Below are positions 9,483-17,701 of a DNA stretch of 64,000 nucleotides, in pieces. The DNA lies in the NCBI GenBank assembly GCA_021816625.1, contig JAKAXM010000005.1, positions 534-64,533 of the forward strand, read 5' to 3'. Each line of letters begins with the position of its first letter. Position 1 is the first letter of the stretch. Below the pieces are notes generated by a model that saw only the letters and a list, made by a program, of their open reading frames with translations, was not told the DNA's origin and searched no databases. The position numbers were made by a program, and so were the translations under genes. The stretch comes from Pseudomonadota bacterium. Its GTDB lineage: Bacteria > Pseudomonadota > Gammaproteobacteria > Acidiferrobacterales > Acidiferrobacteraceae.

Positions 9483-9623
9483 ATGCACGATACGGAAGGC
9501 GATATGGAGTTCGAGTCAGGCAACGCCGAAGGTACGAGCGGCAAACTGGTGTTGCTTTTGCTATTGGCGTGGGTCACAATCGCCCTGGGCGGATATTACA
9601 TAGCGCTTCGAATGATCCTCTAA
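9483..9623 (+). CDS. Candidate 46-aa single-TM small protein downstream of ctaB; absent from the ORF track because it is under 60 aa
   Basis: Translation by eye gives MHDTEGDMEFESGNAEGTSGKLVLLLLLAWVTIALGGYYIALRMIL*. GAGGGA lies about 7 nt upstream of the ATG. It has an acidic N-terminus followed by one hydrophobic helix. It starts 34 nt after the ctaB stop. Confidence 0.4.
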   Translation: MHDTEGDMEFESGNAEGTSGKLVLLLLLAWVTIALGGYYIALRMIL

Positions 9624-9802
9624 AACCCCGAGAAGAATGCGGTGCAACGGGCACTTGTACCCGACAGATGCGGGGCGGTGCGCGGGGCGCTACAGGGTGC
9701 GGCGTCGTAAGGCGTGGCGCATGATGGCGACAGAGTGGCTGGCAATTTCGGTAGTATGCGGGATTAGGTCACGTTCAAAAATTTAAGTATCAAGGAGAAG
9801 GT

Positions 9803-10375
9803 ATGCAGAACTATGAAGGCGTAGTAGCGGGTGCAGGCCGGATGCGCGTGACGAAGGGTGTGGCGATCGTCATGGGTACCGTGTTGACCATGGGCGTGGC
9901 TGCGGCGGCCGTCGTTCCGACCAGCGCGTTCAAGAAGGCCTCGTTGCCCCAGGTGAAGGCGATGTTGGGCAAGGATAACGGCAAGGTGAGCGGCAAGACC
10001 GTTACCTACGGCAAGAATGCGAACGTCGTCGTGGCGGCCGTTTTGCCGGGCTTCCCGTTCCCGAGCTTTGAGATCCATCACGTGAAGAACCCGACCTTGG
10101 ATTTCCCGGCCGGGGCCACTGTGAAGGTGACCTTCATCAACACGAACAAAGGCTTTGGTCATAGCTTCGACATCACGAAGAAGGGCCCGCCGTTTGCCGT
10201 GATCCCGCAGATCGCGCCGATCCAGGCGGGGACTGGTTTCTCGCCGGTGCCGGCGGCCGGCAAGTTTGGCTACGCCACGTTCACCTGGCACCCGGCTGCA
10301 GGCACGTACTATTACGTGTGCCAGATCCCGGGTCACGCGGCGACGGGGATGTTCGGTAAGATCGTCGTCAAGTAA
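9803..10375 (+). CDS. rus: Rusticyanin (type-1 blue copper protein)
   Basis: Long stretches match A. ferrooxidans rusticyanin as I remember it: LPQVKAM, VAAVLPGFPFPSFE, TFINTNKGFGHSFDITKKGPP, AGTGFSPVP and TWHP.AGTYYYVCQIPGHAATGMFGKIVVK. The Cu ligands H, C, H and M are all present. AAGGAGAAGG RBS. Confidence 0.95.
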   Translation: MQNYEGVVAGAGRMRVTKGVAIVMGTVLTMGVAAAAVVPTSAFKKASLPQVKAMLGKDNGKVSGKTVTYGKNANVVVAAVLPGFPFPSFEIHHVKNPTLDFPAGATVKVTFINTNKGFGHSFDITKKGPPFAVIPQIAPIQAGTGFSPVPAAGKFGYATFTWHPAAGTYYYVCQIPGHAATGMFGKIVVK

Positions 10376-10443
10376 GTGCTGTAGCCGTGAGGATCTTGTC
10401 CGTGGGGCTGTGGGCCTGCGGTGGGGTCGTCATCGCGTAAAAG

Positions 10444-10473
10444 ACCGGGGCGCAGTCTGGCCCCGGTTTTTTT
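10444..10473 (+). terminator. Rho-independent terminator after rus
   Basis: ACCGGGGC, an 8-nt loop, GCCCCGGT, followed by a T7 run. Confidence 0.75.
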
Positions 10474-10681
10474 ATGCGTAGCGCCGCAATGGCGGTAGCG
10501 GCGGACCGGTGGTGCAGCGCGCGCGGCGGCCTGGGGTTAGAATGACCCGCTTGAGAGCGTCTGCCGACGGATGAGGGTGGCGGACGGCGTCACAAGGCGG
10601 CAGGATAGGGTCGGTGATCCCGGGATGTAGGGGTGTCGGCAGTGATGGTAACGGACCGGGCCGCTTGGGGAGGGTGCAAGT

Positions 10682-11641
10682 ATGGTTGAGACAGAATCGA
10701 GAAAGGGCCGGGGCTTCGCAGCCCTCGTAGCGCGGTGGTGGCTTTTCATTCCCATGGCGGTGGTGCTGCCCGCACTGTACCAAGTCGGGTACGCCGATAG
10801 CGGCCCTTACGCAAACGCATGGCGGTTCTGGACCGCGGATTTCAACCCCCTGCCATGGCTGGGGGCGCTGGCCGTCATGGCCGTTTATCTGCGCGCCTAT
10901 GATGAACGGCGTGCCAGGCAGGGCGATGAGGGGGCGTGGTCGCGCTGGCGAGTGGGTTCGTTCCTGGCCGGCGTGCTCGTAGCCCTGGTGTTATGGGAGT
11001 CGCCCATCAATGTCCTCGTGCGCGAGTCCATGACGCTCTACACGGTAAAGCTCATGGGCGAGTTCGAGGTCGCCGCCCCGTTGATCGTCTGGGGGATCCC
11101 GTTTGGTCTGATCGATGGCGAGCGGCTATCCGGGTGGGTATGGCGCGTGGTGCGCTTCCTGCATCGGCCGGCGGTGACGGGCCTCGCTCTTGCGGTCATA
11201 TTGGTGTTGTGGGATATGTCCGATCAGATGGCCTTGGGGCTGCGCAACGCCCTGGTATTCCTGGTGTTGCCGGGGGTCTACCTGGGGCTTGGGGTGCTCG
11301 TGTGGATGCAGTCCTTGCAGGTATTCCCGTCCTGGCCGAACCTCCATAGCCATCTAAAAAAGGCCGTCTATGTGTGGGCGATGGAACTCGCCATGATGGC
11401 CATGGGGGCGATATGGTTCTGGAGCGGTATGCGCATGATGGACCCGGCGAGTGCAGGGCGCGTACTCTGGGGTCTTACGCGGGTGGGCGATGAGCATATC
11501 GCGGGCGCCGTCATGACGGGGCTTTCGCTGCCGACCATGTGTCTCGTCACCTGGCATTTCTGGCAGTGGATAGGGGGCATCATCGGGGAATCCGAAAGTC
11601 AGGAGTATGAGGGCGTCGGGGTATCCCGGCAGGAAACCTAA
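10682..11641 (+). CDS. Caa3_CtaG-like cytochrome oxidase assembly membrane protein
   Basis: 319 aa and polytopic. The N-terminal pattern W..DFNPLPWLGALAVMAVYLRAY ... R...FLAGV..L.L...SP, followed by a helix ending APLIVWGIP, resembles Bacillus-type CtaG (PF09678) from memory. Not verified. Confidence 0.6.
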   Translation: MVETESRKGRGFAALVARWWLFIPMAVVLPALYQVGYADSGPYANAWRFWTADFNPLPWLGALAVMAVYLRAYDERRARQGDEGAWSRWRVGSFLAGVLVALVLWESPINVLVRESMTLYTVKLMGEFEVAAPLIVWGIPFGLIDGERLSGWVWRVVRFLHRPAVTGLALAVILVLWDMSDQMALGLRNALVFLVLPGVYLGLGVLVWMQSLQVFPSWPNLHSHLKKAVYVWAMELAMMAMGAIWFWSGMRMMDPASAGRVLWGLTRVGDEHIAGAVMTGLSLPTMCLVTWHFWQWIGGIIGESESQEYEGVGVSRQET

Positions 11642-11706
11642 AGTAAGCGGTAAAGGGCGGCCCCCTGGGGTGATCGATGGTCGGGCGGTCTTTTAAGGAG
11701 AGCACA

Positions 11707-12504
11707 GTGCGTAGAGGTATCGGGGCGGCGGTTTTGGGCTTGTGGGTCGGGGTTGCGAGCGGACACACCTTGGCGTTTTTTGGGGTTCGGCTCAGTCACG
11801 CGACGCGAGCCACGGTCAACGCGGCCTTGACCCGCGCCGGCTTCCGGATTCCAAGCCGGGGCCCGGAGGAGTGGTTCGACACCTACCGGATCAACGGGCA
11901 GCCTGCGAAATTGCAGGGTGCGAGCCGCCTTACGGTGAACTTTACGCGAGGCGGGCGCTTTGCGATTGCCCAGTACACCTTCCCGAGCTTCGACAATCCG
12001 CATCAGGTCAAGGACATCGTGGCCATGGTGCAGTATAAGTACGGGCCGCCGACCAGTACGAGCGGGAACCCGGCGCACGGTCCGGTCGTGGCCCGCTGGC
12101 AGGAGCCGGGCGGCACCGAGATCAAGGTGTGGCGCGGCTGGCCGTCGACGAGCACCTTCATGGACCTGGAGAACGTAGCCGCCGTGCGGCGGTTTCGGGT
12201 GCAATATCCGGCGGTTGCCAAAGCCCTGGGGACGTCTTTGCCGAACACAGCCGCGGCCGGTCGCGGGCAGTGGCAGCCCCCGCCGCCGTCGGATTTGACG
12301 ACGCCGGGCACTAACCGCCCCATCCCGATGAAATGGGAGATCGGCATCATCATGGTTTTCTCGGTTCCGGCCATGATCATCGTGATGTTTGCGCACTTTC
12401 TTGCGCGCGTAACCCGCATCCCGCGGACCTGGAAGGCGGTCGTCAATGTCACGCTGGGACGTATGGCGCAATGGTTTCGTAAGCCGGCCTGGAAACGGCG
12501 TTAG
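11707..12504 (+). CDS. Hypothetical signal-peptide protein with a Pro-rich linker, C-terminal TM anchor and basic tail
   Basis: AAGGAG lies 6 nt upstream of GTG 11707. Signal peptide RRGIGAAVLGLWVGVASG. A soluble domain of about 190 aa is followed by QWQPPPPSDLTTPGTNRPIP, the TM segment EIGIIMVFSVPAMIIVMFAHFL and an Arg/Lys tail. Codon usage resembles neighbouring real genes. I recognise no family. Confidence 0.65.
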   Translation: MRRGIGAAVLGLWVGVASGHTLAFFGVRLSHATRATVNAALTRAGFRIPSRGPEEWFDTYRINGQPAKLQGASRLTVNFTRGGRFAIAQYTFPSFDNPHQVKDIVAMVQYKYGPPTSTSGNPAHGPVVARWQEPGGTEIKVWRGWPSTSTFMDLENVAAVRRFRVQYPAVAKALGTSLPNTAAAGRGQWQPPPPSDLTTPGTNRPIPMKWEIGIIMVFSVPAMIIVMFAHFLARVTRIPRTWKAVVNVTLGRMAQWFRKPAWKRR

Positions 12505-12629
12505 GGGATGCGGGCCCGCCTGTGCGTGAGCTGGCGGCCTGCGCGCCGGCGGCTGCAGGCCGTCTGGGATTCCGGGGATATGTGTAGACCGCGTTAAGGA
12601 CGGGGAGCGCTGCTGCGGCGCGCAGGCTT

Positions 12630-12638
12630 TGATATAAT
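12630..12638 (+). promoter_or_regulatory. Extended -10-like element TGATATAAT immediately upstream of the MFS gene
   Basis: An exact TGnTATAAT lies 7 nt before GTG 12646. No convincing -35 element was seen. Confidence 0.35.
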
Positions 12639-12645
12639 AGGCCGC

Positions 12646-14190
12646 GTGTCGTCCCCCCCGGCAGTTCCCGAATCCGTGTTCGTCCGTGGCCCCGTGTGGC
12701 CCTTGTTTGCCGGCGTGGGCCTTGCGCTCGCGCTGGGCTCGTTCGAGGGGGCCGGCGTTCAGGCCATCTTTCCGTATGTGGGTGGGGGGCTTGCCACGAG
12801 CAGCGACCACGCCCTCTGGACGCTGACCTACTTTGTCGTCCATTGGTCGCTGGGTATCGCGCTCATGCCGTGGAGCGTGCGCCGCTTCGGCGAGCGGCGC
12901 GTGTTTCAGGGGGCCGTGGTCCTGGCCGCGGTCGGTACCTTGCTCGCGGCCCTGACGCACGGCCTCGGGGTCATGTTGATCGCGCGCGCCGCCGAAGGGC
13001 TGGGCGCAGGGCTACTCGTGCCCTTGAGCCAAAGCGTTTTCCTGCGCGCCACGCCCAAGGCGCGCCACGGGCTCGTGACGGTCCTCTGGAGCAACGCCAT
13101 GCTGCTGCCCTTTTTCGTCGGCCCCGGGATCGGCGGCTGGCTCGCGGTGCACTGGGGTTTTCGCTTCGTGTTTTGGGTGGCGCTTGGACCCTGGCTCGTG
13201 GCCCTTGGGCTTGGCAGCCACGGCCTACGGGCGGCCCGCGGCCCGGACCCGGCGACGCCGCCCTTCGATACGGCCGGCTTCGTCCTCCTTTATGCAGGCC
13301 TCATGGCGCTCCAGGTGGTGCTCGATCAGGGCGAGCAGCATGGCTGGTGGGGCTCCCCCTTCATTCGGGAGTTTGCCCTCTTTGCTGCGCTCTTTCTCGG
13401 TCTCTTTGCCCTGCGTGAGCGCGGTACGGCCCATCCGCTCTTGCAGTTTCAGTACTTGCGGCGCCGCAACTATGTGCTGGGCCTCCTGCTTTTGAGTCTG
13501 GGCTGGGCCTTGTTCATGGGCTGGGCCTCCATCCTGCCCCTATGGGCGGAGGAGGATCTCGGTTACAACGGACTGTGGGGTGGCCTCTTGCTTGTGCCCG
13601 TGGGTCTTGGGGCCTTGCCGCTCTCGATCGTGCTCGACCGATTACGCGGCCTCGTGGGCTTGCGGCGCCTAAGCGCGTTAAGCTTCCTATTATTCGCCGG
13701 GGCCTATGGAACCTTGTCGCTGCATACCCATAGCGCGATGGCCGCCCTGTTTCGCCCACTCGTGATGCTGGGGGTGGGTGTCGGAATACTTTTCGTACCG
13801 CTTACGCTTATCATCATGTCGGAGATCTCGGCCGGGGCGATCGCGGCAGCCGCGACGACTGCCAACTTTATCCGCGTTTTCAGCGCCAATATCGGCGTTA
13901 CGGCCTTGTCGGTGTATTGGTCACGCGGCAGCGCCCGGGCGACCGTAGCGCTTTCCGGAGAGCTGTCCCGGTACGCGCAGGCCCCGGTGATCCATGGCGC
14001 CGCGCTCGCCGACTATTTGGGTGTCGAGGCCCATACCGTGAGTCTCGACAATCTCTTGCGTCTGTCCATGTGGCTGTGCCTGGGCGCTGCGCTTTTGGCG
14101 TGGTTCTTCCTGATCCCGCCCCGATCGCTGGTACCGACCCCGGTAAGCGGTCGAGTGGAAGAGGCCGAACTCGAGGCCGGCGGCCCCTAG
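12646..14190 (+). CDS. DHA2/EmrB-type MFS transporter (ctaT-like by context)
   Basis: 514 aa with about 14 TM helices. Typical MFS motifs are present: ARAAEGLGAGLLVP and GPGIGGWL. It follows the haem/oxidase biogenesis genes. Confidence 0.85.
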   Translation: MSSPPAVPESVFVRGPVWPLFAGVGLALALGSFEGAGVQAIFPYVGGGLATSSDHALWTLTYFVVHWSLGIALMPWSVRRFGERRVFQGAVVLAAVGTLLAALTHGLGVMLIARAAEGLGAGLLVPLSQSVFLRATPKARHGLVTVLWSNAMLLPFFVGPGIGGWLAVHWGFRFVFWVALGPWLVALGLGSHGLRAARGPDPATPPFDTAGFVLLYAGLMALQVVLDQGEQHGWWGSPFIREFALFAALFLGLFALRERGTAHPLLQFQYLRRRNYVLGLLLLSLGWALFMGWASILPLWAEEDLGYNGLWGGLLLVPVGLGALPLSIVLDRLRGLVGLRRLSALSFLLFAGAYGTLSLHTHSAMAALFRPLVMLGVGVGILFVPLTLIIMSEISAGAIAAAATTANFIRVFSANIGVTALSVYWSRGSARATVALSGELSRYAQAPVIHGAALADYLGVEAHTVSLDNLLRLSMWLCLGAALLAWFFLIPPRSLVPTPVSGRVEEAELEAGGP

Positions 14191-14222
14191 ACCGGTCAGA
14201 GCAGGCGGTGGCTCCGGGTGAT

Positions 14223-15380
14223 CTAGAGACGCCTGAGGGTGCGTACGAGGCCTGTTAAGAGCACAAGGGCCAAGATCTCCGCGGCCTCGGCGAAGAGTAC
14301 GAGGGCGTCGGACCCGAGTGTATACAGCCCCCCCATGATGAGACTCCCCAGCATCCAGGCAAGACCAAAGCCCGCATCGAAGAGACCATAGGCGGAGGCC
14401 CGCCGTCCCGCCGGGATAAGCGGCGCGAGGCCCGCGCGCAGCGCGCCATCCTGAACGCCCAAGGCCGCGCCCCATAGCAGGGTCCCGGTGACGAGGGACG
14501 CAGGCGAAGGCCCGAGGAATTGCAGGGGTGTTGCGATGATGAGCAAAATGGGGACGAGAGAGAGGGTTTTTAGGCCGATGCGATCGAAGAGATGGCCAGC
14601 CGGGAAGGCCGTGATCCCGGCGGCCGCCATGCCGACGGCGTAGAGTACCGGGATCCACGGCGGTGGCAGACGGTGGCGGACAGAGAGGTGATAGGAAAAC
14701 AGGATAAAGTGGGCAAAGCCCATCACGGTAAGCGCGGCGAAGGCCAAATACCCGTAGTAGGCCTTCGGAAAGCGCCACGTGAGGGATACGACCGGATGGG
14801 CCTGGGGCGGAGGGGCGGCGCGGTAGGCGCGATAAAAGAAGAGGAGCGACAACAGGGCCGGGACCGCCAACGCGGCGAAGGCGAGACGGTAACCGCTTTC
14901 GTGCACCATGAGCGCGACCAGTAGCGGGCCCAGCAGGCCGCCGACTTGGTCGAGCGCGGCATGGAGGCCGAAGGCGTGGCCGGCCCGTCCTTGCGCGGCG
15001 TCGGCGAGCACGGTATTGCGCGCCGGCGTGCGTATCCCTTTGCCGAGACGTTCGCCCCAGATCAGCGTGACGGCAAGTCCGACGCCTTGGGCGAACGCGA
15101 GGGCTGGCACGGCGATCATGTTCAGGGCGTAACCCCAGGCCATCACGGGCCAATAGCGCCGCGTGCGGTCGGTGTAGGCGCCGGCCAGAAGCCGGATCCC
15201 CGAGCCCAGCAGTTCGCCGCCCCCGGCAACGAGGCCGACGAGCAGCGGTCCTGCCTTGAGGGTGGCTAGAAACGAGCCCAGGATGGCGTGGCTGCCCTCA
15301 TAGGTAAAGTCCGCAAACAGACTCACCAAACCCAGCCGTATGATGAAAGGCGTCAATGATCGGGGGCCGGAATCAGTCAT
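14223..15380 (-). CDS. MFS transporter
   Basis: 385 aa, about 12 TM helices and a DRTRRYWP loop motif. AAGGAG RBS on the minus strand. Confidence 0.8.
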   Translation of the reverse strand: MTDSGPRSLTPFIIRLGLVSLFADFTYEGSHAILGSFLATLKAGPLLVGLVAGGGELLGSGIRLLAGAYTDRTRRYWPVMAWGYALNMIAVPALAFAQGVGLAVTLIWGERLGKGIRTPARNTVLADAAQGRAGHAFGLHAALDQVGGLLGPLLVALMVHESGYRLAFAALAVPALLSLLFFYRAYRAAPPPQAHPVVSLTWRFPKAYYGYLAFAALTVMGFAHFILFSYHLSVRHRLPPPWIPVLYAVGMAAAGITAFPAGHLFDRIGLKTLSLVPILLIIATPLQFLGPSPASLVTGTLLWGAALGVQDGALRAGLAPLIPAGRRASAYGLFDAGFGLAWMLGSLIMGGLYTLGSDALVLFAEAAEILALVLLTGLVRTLRRL

Positions 15381-15522
15381 GGCGCTCCTTGGGGGGGCGG
15401 GTGGCGCAGGCGGTCTGGGGCAGCGGGCGCTGCAACGCGTGGAAGCGTAGCATAGGGACTCGAAGGGACGTAGGGTCAGTCGGCGGGCTGCGTCCGGTGC
15501 ATAAGGCCTAGGTGGGATCGCG

Positions 15523-16014
15523 ATGCATGACGATGATTACTGGATGGGGGAGGCCTTGCGGCTTGCCGCCAAGGGGGCCGCTTCCGGCGAGGTGCCGGTC
15601 GGGGCCGTGTTGGTGCACCACGGGGTCATGCTGGCCGGAACCTACAACCGTCCCATAGGGCTTTCGGATCCGACCGCGCACGCCGAGATCTTGGCCTTGC
15701 GTGCCGGCGGCGCACATCTCGCCAATTACCGGCTGAACGATTGCGTTTTGTATGTGACCCTGGAGCCGTGCGCGATGTGCGCAACGGCGCTCGTCCACGC
15801 CCGCGTGGCCCGGCTCGTATTCGGTGCCGCCGATGGGCGGGTAGGTGCTGCGGGGTCGGCATTTTGTCTGACGGCGGAACCTCGCTTCAATCATCAGGTG
15901 GCGGTGCAGGGCGGTGTGCGCGGATCGGAATGCGAGGCCCTGTTGCGCGGGTTTTTTCACAGTCGCCGTAGACGCGACTCAGATGGCGGGCTCGCTCAAC
16001 TGAAAAAGCAGTGA
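15523..16014 (+). CDS. tadA: tRNA adenosine(34) deaminase
   Basis: CMP/dCMP deaminase zinc motifs HAE and PCAMC. Size and N-terminus (WMGEALRLA) are typical. Confidence 0.9.
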   Translation: MHDDDYWMGEALRLAAKGAASGEVPVGAVLVHHGVMLAGTYNRPIGLSDPTAHAEILALRAGGAHLANYRLNDCVLYVTLEPCAMCATALVHARVARLVFGAADGRVGAAGSAFCLTAEPRFNHQVAVQGGVRGSECEALLRGFFHSRRRRDSDGGLAQLKKQ

Positions 16015-17394
16015 TCGCGCCGTGGTCGTGGTTTGGCGCAAATGGCGCAATATGCGGTAGTAGACGCGGATACGGTTGACATACTGCACAGCCGTGTAGC
16101 CCGCGGCATAGCCAAAGCGAGTCCGGCGATACCACCAGGGATCCGCCAATAAGGGCAAGCGTTGCTCGACGTCGGCCCAACGGTCCGGATTAGCCCCTTG
16201 TTCGCGCGTGAGCCAGCGCGCGTCTTCCAGGTGATTGAGGCCGATATTGTAGGCGGCGAGCGCCATCCACGTGCGGTCGGGCTCCGGTATGTCGGCGGGC
16301 AGGGCATCGAGGAGGCCACGCAGATAATGGGCGCCGCCGTCGACGCTCTGTTGAGGATTCAAGCGGTCTGTGACCCCGAGCGACAGACAGGTATCGTTGG
16401 TCAGCATCATAAGTCCTTGCACGCCGGTCGGCGATACCGCGTCGGGCTCCCAGAGTGACTCCTGATAGGCGACCGCGGCGAGCAGGCGCCAGGGGATGTC
16501 GTAGCGCGCGCCCGCCGCCCGGAAGAGCGGGGCATAGAGCGGCAGGGTCGTGCGCACCTTGTCGAGGTAGGTGTGGATATGGACGTAGTTCAGACGCGTG
16601 ACCCCATAATAGCGGGCAATGAGATCGGCCAGTTGTCCCGAACGCTTAAGTTCAGCGAAGAAGCGAAACGAGGCGCGATAAAGCTTGGTGTCACGAGTTT
16701 TGGGGAAGGCCCAGGCCAGGCGCCGTGGCGGGCCTATGTCGAAGGCGACCCGCAGGGCCGGATAGTAGCGGCGATTGACCGCCACCACGTTCGAGTTCGC
16801 GACCGCATAGCGCAAGAGACCTTGCCAGACGAGAAAGAGCAATTCGTTCGCGCCCATGTGGTTGGCCTCGGTCCAACTCAGGCGCGGCAGGGTGCGGCGC
16901 AGGGTTTGAAGCGCGACATCCGCGCTCGATCCCGCGACCACCTCGATCGGGCGCCCTACGATGTCCTGCAGCTTCGCCGGGGCTTGCATGCCCTTGCGGT
17001 AGACGAGCTGCTCATGGACGATCTGGTAGGGGGGGCCAAAGCGCGCGACGGCTTGGCGTGCCGGGGTGATCGTGACGCCGGCGGCAAAGTCCCCTTGACC
17101 GGCGGCCAAGGCTTGCATCAGGCTCTGGCCGTGGCCGATGACCTTGATCTTCAGGCGTAGACCGAGGTAGTCCGCGAAGTCGCGCGCCATGTCGTATTCC
17201 ATGCCCGCCGGCCCCTGCGCGCCCTCGTAGAAGGTGGTGGGGCCGTTGCGTGTCAGGACGACGATCTCGCGGTGTTTCTGGTCGGGTATGCGCACGAGCC
17301 GCGGTTTGGCACGGTGCGTTGAGCATCCGGCAAGCGCTATGGCCAGCGAGGCCGCCCCGGCAAGCGCCCTTAGTTGTCGTCCTGGGCGGTCCAT
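15979..17394 (-). CDS. mltF: Membrane-bound lytic murein transglycosylase F
   Basis: Lipoprotein signal LAGCS, a periplasmic solute-binding-like domain, and a C-terminal SLT domain (AVAYQESLWEP...GLMMLT). Start placed at Met 17394. Confidence 0.85.
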   Translation of the reverse strand: MDRPGRQLRALAGAASLAIALAGCSTHRAKPRLVRIPDQKHREIVVLTRNGPTTFYEGAQGPAGMEYDMARDFADYLGLRLKIKVIGHGQSLMQALAAGQGDFAAGVTITPARQAVARFGPPYQIVHEQLVYRKGMQAPAKLQDIVGRPIEVVAGSSADVALQTLRRTLPRLSWTEANHMGANELLFLVWQGLLRYAVANSNVVAVNRRYYPALRVAFDIGPPRRLAWAFPKTRDTKLYRASFRFFAELKRSGQLADLIARYYGVTRLNYVHIHTYLDKVRTTLPLYAPLFRAAGARYDIPWRLLAAVAYQESLWEPDAVSPTGVQGLMMLTNDTCLSLGVTDRLNPQQSVDGGAHYLRGLLDALPADIPEPDRTWMALAAYNIGLNHLEDARWLTREQGANPDRWADVEQRLPLLADPWWYRRTRFGYAAGYTAVQYVNRIRVYYRILRHLRQTTTTARSLLFQLSEPAI

Positions 17395-17502
17395 GGGCAA
17401 GGCTCGGGACACGGCCCCTTGGTTCCGTCGTTGGGAGTGCGCATGGGCCCGATCATACCCTCTATTCTTTCTAAGCGACACCGGTTAAGCTTAGGCGCCT
17501 GG

Positions 17503-17592
17503 GGAGAGGTACCGAAGCGGTCATACCGGCGCAGACTCGAAATCTGTTGGGGGCATTGCCCCACGTGGGTTCGAATCCCACCCTCTCCGCCA
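17503..17592 (+). tRNA. tRNA-Ser (anticodon CGA)
   Basis: Acceptor stem GGAGAGG/CCTCTCC, long variable arm, T-arm GTGGG-TTCGAAT-CCCAC, anticodon loop CTCGAAA and an encoded CCA. Confidence 0.95.
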
Positions 17593-17701
17593 ATTCCGGG
17601 CGGCACAGGCCAAGGTTGGCCGGCTCATCTTTCGTCATCGCCATGGTGACGCAAGCGGTTGCGCATAGCGCTTCGCAGCGACTGCGAAGGGGAACGGACT
17701 C

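Noticed and set aside
9735-9765. Sigma-54-like TGGCA and a TAGTAT -10-like box upstream of rus
   Set aside because: No TTGC at the correct spacing for a -24/-12 promoter, and no acceptable -35 at 16-18 nt for the -10 candidate. This is too weak to call.
11638-12960. 440-aa minus-strand ORF spanning the ctaG-like 3' end, the unknown gene and the MFS 5' end
   Set aside because: Its composition is dominated by Arg, Pro, Gly and His with no domains. It is antisense to plus-strand ORFs that have genuine signal peptide and TM features and native-like codon usage. This is a typical high-GC antisense artefact.
13921-15153. 410-aa minus-strand ORF overlapping both MFS genes
   Set aside because: It is an Arg/Pro-rich low-complexity translation, out of frame with the convincing 385-aa MFS ORF (14223..15380) and antisense to the 514-aa MFS. 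Artefact.
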